Source: a virus
Lineage: Duplodnaviria; Caudoviricetes
DNA length: 64,000 nucleotides
Virus record (IMG/VR): IMGVR_UViG_3300028591_000110
Coordinates: 32,001 to 96,000 of that record
Direction: 5' to 3' (one strand)
Both the position numbers and the translations under genes were made by a program. Under the pieces are notes generated by a model. It ran no database searches, was not told where the DNA came from, and worked only from the letters and a program-made list of their open reading frames with translations. Positions 10,542 to 20,000 of this stretch are shown here, one piece after another; the stretch's first letter is position 1; every line of letters begins with the position of its first letter.

Positions 10542-11192
10542 ATGATGAAAACACCGAAAAAGGGCGAATTTGACTTCTTTGATATTGAACTTGTTGGCAT
10601 GGGAGATCTTGCGAATTTGAAGCTTCCAGATCCTGCATTGCTTGCATATTATCAGAATCTTGATCAGCGGACAATCTACTGGAACTGCACCGTGGACGAA
10701 ACGATCACGGAGATCGGAAATTATATCAGAAAGTGGAACGCAGAAGATACCGGAGTCCCGGTTGAACAGCGGATGCCGATTCGGATCTTTATCAATACGG
10801 ATGGCGGAGATCTGATTTCGACGATGTATGTAGTGGACGTGATCAAGGCGTCGAAGACCCCGGTTTATACCATCGGCATGGGCAAGACGTACAGCGCCGG
10901 CGGTCTGCTGCTGATGGCCGGACACAAGCGATTTATTTTCGAGAACACCTCCTGCCTGATTCATGACGGACAGACCGGAGCCTATGGCAGCACAGGAAAG
11001 GTACTGGACAACGCGAAGTTTACAGAGGAGATGGAGGCGCGGCAAAAAAAATACATCCTCGGTCAGACAAAAATTACGCCGGAGCAGTACGATCAGCAGT
11101 ATCGGCGCGACTGGTTTATGTTCGCGGAGGATATGGTGAAATACGGCATTGCAGATAAGATTATCCACGATCTCAGTGAAATCGAGATTTGA
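10542..11192 (+). CDS. clpP: ClpP-family serine protease
   Basis: IFINTDGG, GKTYSAG (Ser), LIHD (His), RDWFM.AE...YGIAD. Confidence 0.85.
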   Translation: MMKTPKKGEFDFFDIELVGMGDLANLKLPDPALLAYYQNLDQRTIYWNCTVDETITEIGNYIRKWNAEDTGVPVEQRMPIRIFINTDGGDLISTMYVVDVIKASKTPVYTIGMGKTYSAGGLLLMAGHKRFIFENTSCLIHDGQTGAYGSTGKVLDNAKFTEEMEARQKKYILGQTKITPEQYDQQYRRDWFMFAEDMVKYGIADKIIHDLSEIEI

Positions 11193-11197
11193 GGTAT

Positions 11198-11938
11198 GCC
11201 ATGGCAAAGAAGAAGACGGTGGATTTTAAGGATGAGATGCCGTCCACTTTGGACGATCATCCGTTTTATGGCTTGGAACTGGACGAGTATCAGAAGGCGT
11301 TTCGAGACGCGATCTGGAATGAGAATAAAAGAATTGTCTTTTGCAACGCAAAGGCCGGAACCGGAAAAACGCTGATTGCGACGGCAACAGCAAATCTGCT
11401 TTGCAGATATGAGGCTTATGACGGAATTGTGTATATCGCCTCTCCGACGCAGGAGCAAAAGCAAGGGTACTTGAAGGGGACGATTGAAGAAAAGTCGGAG
11501 CCCTATTTTGAGCCATTTTATCAGGCGCTCAGAAAAATCGGTGTGAATATGAACACGGCATTCTATGATAAGCCGGAGAATGAAAAGTACGCAATGGCAT
11601 ATATCGAATGCGTAACACACACGTTTTTGCGAGGCGTCAATTTTGAGAACAAGGTTATTATCATTGACGAGGCGCAGAACTTCTATTTCGACGAGCTGAA
11701 AAAAGTTTTGACCCGCATCCACGACAACTGCAAGGTAATCGTGATCGGTCATGACGGACAGAATGACTTGCTTGTAAACACGGAGAGATCCGGGTTTATC
11801 CCTTATTGCAAGTGGTTTGAGCCGAACGAGGAAGTGGTTGCGGTCTGCAAACTGGAAAAGAATTACAGAGGCTGGATCAGTCAGATGGCGGACAACCTGA
11901 CGCCGGAAGTGGCGAAGCATCTTAGAAAGGATTTGTAA
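11198..11938 (+). CDS. phoH: PhoH-family ATPase
   Basis: AKAGTGKT Walker A, FLRGVNF, IIIDEAQN, GHDGQND. Confidence 0.9.
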   Translation, partial: AMAKKKTVDFKDEMPSTLDDHPFYGLELDEYQKAFRDAIWNENKRIVFCNAKAGTGKTLIATATANLLCRYEAYDGIVYIASPTQEQKQGYLKGTIEEKSEPYFEPFYQALRKIGVNMNTAFYDKPENEKYAMAYIECVTHTFLRGVNFENKVIIIDEAQNFYFDELKKVLTRIHDNCKVIVIGHDGQNDLLVNTERSGFIPYCKWFEPNEEVVAVCKLEKNYRGWISQMADNLTPEVAKHLRKDL

Positions 11939-11940
11939 GA

Positions 11941-12594
11941 ATGAAGAAAATCGCTGTAGGTACAATCAAAAACTACATGAAGGAACAGCGTGAAAAGGAT
12001 ACGAAGCGGTTTACCGCAAACTATAAGATCGGTGATTCTGCGTTCGAGGTAGAGTTTCGATATGATCTGAGTGTGGACGAACGGGATCAGTTTATCCGCC
12101 GTGTGGTACAGGGCAGCTTTGATGGTCTCGGTCAGTATCATCAGGCGTTTTTTGTTGCGATGCGAAACGCGACTCTGCTGCAGATGTGCAGCAACGTGCC
12201 GGCGCTTGCCGTGAGCGGAGAGCGTGCGGACGACGGCAGCGCACTTCTGGACGTAAACGCAATGGACGAGTTGTGCCGGATGCTGATGGACAACAAGGCT
12301 GTGCTCGAAAACGCAGAATTTCAGGCGTTTGTAAATGACATCTATCAGGATTGCTTCGGCGCAATGCTGGATCGCAAGGAAGAGCTTGAGCGCATCAACT
12401 CCGCGTCCTATGCGGTGCGGGATCTTGTGTTCACCTTGAAAGATCTGATTGAGCGGATCGGCAACATGGTCGGCGACGTGAATCCGGAGGAACTGATGAA
12501 GTACGCCGGAGCGCTGGCACAGAACACGGAGGGGCTGAATCGTGACGAGCTTGCGGACAAGGTGATTCAGCTTCATCAGGAAAACGATCAGTAA
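11941..12594 (+). CDS. Hypothetical protein (possible tail assembly chaperone)
   Basis: 217 aa ORF upstream of the tape measure gene. Confidence 0.45.
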   Translation: MKKIAVGTIKNYMKEQREKDTKRFTANYKIGDSAFEVEFRYDLSVDERDQFIRRVVQGSFDGLGQYHQAFFVAMRNATLLQMCSNVPALAVSGERADDGSALLDVNAMDELCRMLMDNKAVLENAEFQAFVNDIYQDCFGAMLDRKEELERINSASYAVRDLVFTLKDLIERIGNMVGDVNPEELMKYAGALAQNTEGLNRDELADKVIQLHQENDQ

Positions 12595-12610
12595 AAAAGG
12601 AGATGACGGG

Positions 12611-13102
12611 ATGACGATTGCAGAGGCATTAAAACAGGCCAATGAAAAATTGAAGCCGAAGATCGACAACGCTCTTACCAAAGAGGTATTCGAAGCGGTG
12701 AGAGAGACGGAAGCTGCTGTCATCCCGGACGTGGTGTATGGGGCGTATCAGCCGATAATTTATCAACGAAGAGGCCAATATGAAGGTCTCGGCGATCCAT
12801 ACAACATTGAGATTGCTGGCGGCGCTGCGACGGGCGGAGTTCTGACCGTGGTAAACACGACTGAGCCGAATCCCGGCGGCGTGATGGACAGGGGCAGAGT
12901 GACCACGGACAAGAACCTGCCGCTATTGGTGGAAAAGGGTCATGGCGCCGGCGGCGCTTATGACTTCCCAAGAAGAGGACGCGGCTATATGAAGCCGCGT
13001 CCATTTACTGAAAAGACAATTGAAGCCCTGATGGTCAGCAATGAGCATGTGGAAGCGCTCAAAGCAGGCTTGAGACGACAGGGCGTGAAAATCATCAAAT
13101 AA
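12611..13102 (+). CDS. HK97 gp10-like neck/tail completion protein
   Basis: VEKGHG...YMKPRPF motif. Confidence 0.6.
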   Translation: MTIAEALKQANEKLKPKIDNALTKEVFEAVRETEAAVIPDVVYGAYQPIIYQRRGQYEGLGDPYNIEIAGGAATGGVLTVVNTTEPNPGGVMDRGRVTTDKNLPLLVEKGHGAGGAYDFPRRGRGYMKPRPFTEKTIEALMVSNEHVEALKAGLRRQGVKIIK

Positions 13103-13123
13103 CAGAGAAAACAAGGTGGTGAG

Positions 13124-15856
13124 ATGATGGATGAAGAGCTGAAAGTAGTAGTAACCAGCGTACTGGAAGCGGATGAAGCTGCTTCAGCACAACGAATCAC
13201 AGGGCAGCTCCCGGCAATCTCTCAGCGCATCAATTCAAGCGGTAAGATTAAGGTGCAGGTTGAGCTTGACGACTCTACGGCCACTTCAAACGCAAAATCA
13301 TACGCACAAAAAGTAAGTCAGGCTGCAAAGTCTCAGCGCATCGGGCTTCCGATTGAGTTGGATCACTCATCAATTAACAAGATAAGATCGGAGCTAAAAA
13401 AACTTGGCGTTGATACCAACATCTCACAAGCTATGGTAAAAGAGCTTGACCAGATGTTTGCCAAGGTCAACCAAGTGAAGGGAACTTGGGGAGAGATCGC
13501 GAGCGAGGAAGAACATCTACTAAGCGTTTTGGTCGACGGTGTTGACCAGTTTGGCAGAAATGTTTCTGTTTTGCAGAGATATAATGCCGAAACGGGTGAT
13601 CTTGATAATAAAGTTACAAGCGTGACTTTGAATCTTGAAAAGATGCGTCAAGAGGACGAGCGAGCATCAAAAGCTGCAAAAACTGCGAATGACAATCGTA
13701 TTGCGGCTCTGCAAAAGCAGCTTGATATGCTGGAAAAGCTAAAGGCAAATTATTCCGGCAACGGAAAAGGCGATGCTGTAACCGGAACAGATCATCTGGA
13801 AACGCTATCAGCAAAATACCATGAAATCAAGCGGCAGATTCAGGATTTACAAAATGCGTCCGGCGCTTATGACAAGACCAGAAAGGTTGGAATTGACTCT
13901 GAGATTCGTGCACTTGAGCGCCTGATTACAGAGTACCAAAAAGCAGAACGAACGGCCACGGATCTTAGATCCAAAGATGTTACGACTGTAAAGACGGAGC
14001 AAGAGTTTAAGCTAAACGAGTTTGAATCGAAGCTGAAAACAGCAGGTATTCTTACTGATGAGCTAAAAGGAAAAATTACTTCTCTACGCAATGAGCTCGC
14101 TGGTGTTGGCGACTCTCAGGGAATGACGAAGTTCCTTGACAACTTCGGTGCAGCAAAGGCGCAGGCTTCGGCTACTGCGGCGGCAGAACAGTTCCGACAG
14201 AGCGTTGCCAGTGCAAATGCAGAGATGGCAGCAATGCCGTCTAACATCTCAGCGATGGAAGGGCGGATGCGTCAGCTATCAGCGCCGACAGACAACCTCA
14301 AAGCAAATGTTGCTGAGGTGCATCGCCTGATGGCGGAGTGGAATAAAGATCCGTCAGACGAAAAGAAGATTCAGATTTATGAGCAGATCAATGAAAAGCT
14401 GAAGCTGTGCAATTCTGAGATCACTCGTTTGAACCAAGCGCAAAACGCAGGTGTCAGAGACGTTAAGCTGATCCAAGGGCTCGACAAAGCGAAGGCCGAT
14501 CTGGCGACGATCCGCAGACAGTGGAGCGCGTTTACGAATGACAAGAGCTTGGAGCAAAAGTTCCAAGTTCTATCCAGGGGTTTGAACAACATCCGCAATC
14601 AAGCGGATTTGACGAAGTGGAATGCGCAGTTTGCAACGCTGAAATCGGAAATCAAGGCCGCAGGTCTGAATATGCAGTCGCTCGGCGATGTCATTAAGAA
14701 CAACCTCGCAAAAGTCGGACAATGGCTTGGCGCGACGACGATTATCTTCCGTGCAATCTCTACGATTAAATCAGCCGTAAATACGGTTATCGATATGGAC
14801 ACGGCGATGATCGATCTGCGGAAGGTTACGACCGGCACGGCAGCAGACTACGATAATTTCTATAAGTCTGCAAATGAGACCGCAAAGGCGCTCGGCGCTA
14901 CGACGGAAGAAGTTATCTCTCAAACTGCCGAGTGGGCCCGTTTGGGATACGCCATGAAAGACGCAGCAGAGCTCGCGAAGAACTCTGCTATTTTTGCGGC
15001 TGTATCCCCCGGCATGGGTCAAGAACTCGCAACAGATGGCTTGGTAAGTATTATCAAGGCGTTCGATGTTGACGTTGAAGACTCTATGGATGGGATTATT
15101 TCAAAGGTAAATGCGGTTGGTAACGCATTCGCCGTCAGCAACGCAGATATCGTGAACGCTCTCACGCGCTCATCTTCTGCGATGGCGGCAGCAAATAATA
15201 CCTTTGATGAAACCGTGGCGCTTGCTACGGCGGCAATTGAGATCACAAGAGACGCTGAGAGTGTGGGACAGGGCTTAAAGACCTTATCCATGAGAATCAG
15301 AGGCTATGACGAGGAGACTGAAGAATACTCCGAAGACGTGGCCATGCTTACTGGTAAGATCGCAGATCTTACCAAAACAGCAAAAACCCCCGGCGGCATC
15401 AGCCTATTTGAGCCGGGAGATCCCGACACTTATAAATCAACTTATGACATCCTGAAAGAAATCAGCGAGATCTGGGAAGATCTGACGGACAAGAACAGAG
15501 CAAGCCTCTTGGAAGCGCTGTTCGGAAAGCGTCAGGCTCAGATCGGCGCAGCGATCCTCTCCAACTTCGATCAGGCCAAGGCGTCCATCGAGACGATGGC
15601 GAACAGCGCCGGCAGCGCTGAGCGCGAGATGGAGAAGATCACGCAGAGCCTGGAATACCGCATCAATGCGCTCGGCCAGACATGGGTTGGCGTTGCGCAG
15701 AACCTATTCCAGACCGGCGATCTAAAGGGTGTAATATCTGTGCTTCAAGTTTTCTCCTCTGCTATTCAGGAGATTACCGATAAAGCCGGATTACTTGGAA
15801 CGATTGCAATTGGCGGCGGAATTACGTCGCTTGTGCAGGCGTTCAAAACTGTGGGT
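13124..15856 (+). CDS. Tape measure protein, exon 1
   Basis: Coiled-coil region plus TP901-type TMP core (DTAMIDLRKV...AVGNAFAVS..DI..AL.RSSS); ends at predicted 5' splice site ...GTGGGT|. Confidence 0.85.
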
Positions 15857-16249
15857 AGACCCAAAATGAGGGGTTTCATAAATGTGCCCACATACGCTCC
15901 GGTGGCGACACGGAACGAGCTTGCAGCGTAAGCGTGCTGCGGGCAAGGGAGCGTTGGCAAAATCACCGAACATGGCCTTTGCAGGCGATGGGTTTGAATC
16001 ATTCCCATCCGGGAACCCGAAAGGGAATCCGCAGCCAAGCTCGTTGTAAAAACTATATAGTTTTTCTAACGAGACGGTTCAGAGAGCATAATGGTGACGC
16101 GGCAGACCAGACGATACCGGTATCTGTCGTGATGGGGTGCTCCACATCGACGCAAAGCGATTTGCGAAAAATGATTATGCGGTTTGCCGCCGCACCCAAC
16201 AAAGGCAAAGAAAATGACGCCCAAGGCGGGCGCCATTTGTCAAGTAAAA

Positions 16250-16957
16250 TTAAAATTTACTGCCGCAGTTTTCACACTGCCAAGTCTTGCCGAGATCCCC
16301 GGCTCCGTATATTCCAAACAATGAAATTTTAGATGCTTTCTTTACGGTGGAAATCTTTTTTAGTTTTGTGGAATTACAGATCGGGCAATGAGGAATGTTC
16401 TTAGCGACATCTGCTTTTATTGGTTTTGGCTGCGCGGATCGTGGCACTTCATAAACAGGATGATTATAATCTTGAGGATTTGGCTTGACTTCTTTAACCG
16501 GTCTGTTTGGAAACGCAGCATTGCACTCTTCGATTCTGCTGAATAGTTCATTGACTGTATCTGTGTATTCCTTTGATTCTTTATCTCCAATATTGTATGG
16601 AATAACAAAGTGATTCAGAATGTATAGGTGCGCTCCAACTGTATAGTATCTGCCTCCGTTTGCGTAGTTTACTTCAACGCCAGGGTATTTTTCTCCATGG
16701 AACTGACATCCACAATCGGGGACGTATTCGTTTTTAGACAGATCAAAAGAAAAAGGCTTTGCGCATTTGATACAGACTTTCACTCTAGGGTTTGGAAGAG
16801 ACAGAGAATAGGGTTTAATTTGCCTTGTTAGTCTCGAAAATTCCTTAGATACTTCTTCCTTATCTACATAGTCTGATATCGGGAAACCGCATTTTGGGCA
16901 AGTTGAAGCTCGTGATGATACTTGGTTGTTGCATTCCGGGCAAGTGATCAGCGCCAT
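16250..16957 (-). CDS. Intron-borne zinc-ribbon protein (moron-like)
   Basis: CPEC/CPKC at N-terminus, CIKC and CGC internally, CPIC..CENC at C-terminus; AT-rich; own RBS GAGGTG. Confidence 0.8.
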   Translation of the reverse strand: MALITCPECNNQVSSRASTCPKCGFPISDYVDKEEVSKEFSRLTRQIKPYSLSLPNPRVKVCIKCAKPFSFDLSKNEYVPDCGCQFHGEKYPGVEVNYANGGRYYTVGAHLYILNHFVIPYNIGDKESKEYTDTVNELFSRIEECNAAFPNRPVKEVKPNPQDYNHPVYEVPRSAQPKPIKADVAKNIPHCPICNSTKLKKISTVKKASKISLFGIYGAGDLGKTWQCENCGSKF

Positions 16958-16975
16958 ATTATCACCTCACATAAT

Positions 16976-17004
16976 ATTATACATTCATTTTAAGCTATGG
17001 GCAA
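16976..17004 (-). promoter_or_regulatory. Sigma-A promoter for the intron-borne gene
   Basis: TTGCCC-17 bp-TATAAT on the minus strand. Confidence 0.7.
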
Positions 17005-17027
17005 GCTTAAGTTGAATACCAGATGGG

Positions 17028-20000
17028 ACATTAAAAATTGGCGATTTTGTTGCATCGATGCAACAACTTAGCAACGTGTCGTTCTATGGCACAACACAAG
17101 ACACACTAAAATATATTTCCACTTTAAGCGGAATGACGCAGGCGCAACAGGCGGCTATTATTTCCTCGCACGGATATACTGCTGCTCAGGAGCAGGAAAT
17201 TCTTACAATGGTTCGCGCAATCGCTTCTTTGGAAGCTTATACGGTTGCCGAGATGGAGTCTGCTCTTGGAATCAAGAACGGAGAGCTGGCTAAAAAGCTT
17301 AATGTAGCTGCAACAGAGCAGCTAACACAGGCAAACATCAGACTGCTTTTGGCGGACACCAGTTTGTCTGCTGAGCAAAGAGCAGTTCTGCTAGGCATGG
17401 TTCAGGACAGCGCGGCAAAGCTGACCGCTGCTGCTGCAACTGACACTGCGACTGTCGCAAATGTCGGGTTTGCCGCATCTCTAAAAGCAGTATGGGTCGC
17501 TATGAAGGCGAATCCGATTGGCCTTCTTCTGACAGCGCTGCCGCTTCTTGTTATTGCAGTTAAGGCGTTTGTCAAAGCTATGAACGACGCGCATCCGTCT
17601 TTGGATACGCTGAAAGATGATCTTCAAGGTTTGAAGACAGAAGAGGAAGATCTTGAAACACAATCTTCCGAGCTCAACGATCGGATTAAGGAACTGCAAG
17701 ATCTGAAAAACGCCGGCACGATTACTCTTACAGAAGAGGAGGAGCTTGGAAGGCTCGAAAGAGAAAACGAACTGCTCAGGCAGCAAATCGAGCTCCAGAA
17801 AGAGCGTATTGCAGCACAGGAAGAAAAGGTTCAAGACAAGGCGGAAAGCAATGCGTCGGACTTTTTCAACCCGAACAAAGGCGGAAACGGTGTTTATAAT
17901 AACAACGCAACCGGTCTGAAGAATCTAATCGACAGATACAATCAGGCAAAAGAAGAGTTTAGCAAGGCAGTGAATGAAAAAGATACGGACAGCATGGAGA
18001 AGTGGCAGGATGTCATGGATTCCGCCAGAGAACGTATTGCAAGCATTCATTCACAGTTGGTCTCTATGCGAGGAGATCTCGGAGAGGATTCAGAATACCT
18101 CCCCAAAATTGACGAGCTTTTGGACAGCATTGCGGAGACGCTTGGACTATCGTCTGATGGGCTTCCGGACAGCTTAAAGGAAGCATACGAAGCGTACCAA
18201 AAGCTAAAGGATGCTGTTGGAGAAGAAGGCGCAAAGGGTTCAGATGAGTTCAAGACGCTTGAAGAGGAAGCAGGCAAGGCCGGTCTTACCGTCGAGCAGG
18301 TCACGGAGCGTATGGGCGAAAACAGCGCCGCTGCCGCTGCGGAGGCGGAAGAGCTTGAAAAGCTGAAAGCAAGCGCGACAAAGGCGACGGAAGCACTTGC
18401 AGGATTGCAGTCTCAGCAAAGCCTTGTTTCCGGCGCGGCCAAAGAACAGACTGAATCCGGATATCTGTCCGTTGAAACGTATGACAAGCTGATTGCCGCA
18501 TCTGCGGATTATGCATCCTGCATTGAGTACGAGAACGGCTCCATGCAGCTCAACACCGAAAAAGCGAAAGAGTTGACGGACGCAAAGTATGAGCTTCAGC
18601 TTCAGGAGATTGAGCTTGCAAAGGCGCAGGACGTTGCGAAGTGGAAAGAGAACGCTGCGGACATTGCAGATCTGGAGAGCAGATATGCGTCTCTGTCTGA
18701 TACGGAGCTTGCGCATTTAGCAAGCCTGCAAAGCGAAAATGGCGTTCTGGAGCAGAACATCCAGAAATACAACGTCATGAAGAGCGAGATCATCGAGCTA
18801 ACCGGCGCATACAAAGAATGGCTGGACGCGCAGAGCGGGCCGGAATCCGGCGACATGTATGATTCTCTGAAGACGGCGCAAAAGGCGATTGAGGAGGGGC
18901 TGGAGTCCGGCAAGACCGGAACGGCGAAATACAAGTCTGCTTTGAAGCTGCTTGTGCCGGAGGATGCGAGAGCGGATGCTGCTGCTTATATGCAGAACCT
19001 GCAGCGCTATATCTCAGACGATTCTGCCGGCGTAACCAACTTCATTCACGACATGGTAGCTGCCGGTCTGATGATCGAGGATGGCGACAATGTGCAGCTA
19101 GTGCCAGATACGGCGATCCAGGATATTTGCGAGAAGCTTCATATTACGCCGGAGATGGCAAAGGCGATTTTCGGAGAGCTTGAAGAATACGACTTCCATT
19201 TTGACTGGGAAGACGAGGACTTTGAGTTTAATACAAACACGAAGTCTTTGGATGAGATCAACGCCAAGATCGCGGAGACGAAGCAAAAGATTGAAGAGAT
19301 CAAGGCTTCCACGGTTGATCCGCAGGTCAAGCTGGAGCAGATTAACGAGGCTAAGCAGGAAATGCAGCAGCTCCTGCAGGACAAGGCTGCATTGGAAACG
19401 CCGACGGAAGCGGACGTTACGACGAACTCGGAGACCGCGAAGACGCAGCTGTCCGAGATCACAGGAACGCTGGATGAGATTGCGAAAAAGATTGACGAGG
19501 TTGCTGCAAAGCAAATCGGAGATCTCGGCGCAAGCTCGACCATTACGGCGCTGCAGAATGTGCTCAATAAGCTGAACGGAATCAACAGCATTAAGCTGAG
19601 AGACAAGACGTTCACGGTCACACAGATCACCAAAACAGATCCTGCCGGCGCCTATGGATTCCCGGCTGCCGGTGGTACACGCGGCGCACCCGGCGGCTTG
19701 ACGCTAGTTGGTGAGCTCGGGCCGGAGCTGGTTGTGTCCGGCAATCATTATTACACGGTAGGCGATCTCGGCGCTGAGTTTGTAAATCTCAAAGCCGGGG
19801 ATATCGTCTTTAATCATAGAGATACCGAAAAACTCTTGAAGGGCTTGACTGGCGTTCGTGGCACTGCGCTTGCGCAAGGCACGGCTATGGCCGGAAAGAT
19901 CAGCGGCGGCGGCAGTCTCAGCAACTTGCCGGGTTATAAAGTAACCAGCGCGAGCACGGTGCAATCGCAGACCACGGCGACGGTTAATGTCAATGTGAAA

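Larger units (their letters stand above)
15857..17027 (+). mobile_element. Group I self-splicing intron in tape measure gene (1171 nt)
   Basis: P1 TGTGGGT/GCCCACA with U.G at the splice site; IGS 15881-15892 also pairs with 3' exon ACATT (P10); P4 15937-43/16028-34; P6a 16040-73; P7 GAGCA 16084-88/TGCTC 16138-42; P8; terminal G17027; ligation is in frame. P3 is only weakly supported. Confidence 0.8.

Noticed and set aside
15934-16332. 132-aa ORF after TMP part 1
   Set aside because: It overlaps the predicted intron catalytic core, has no RBS, and shows no protein-like motifs.
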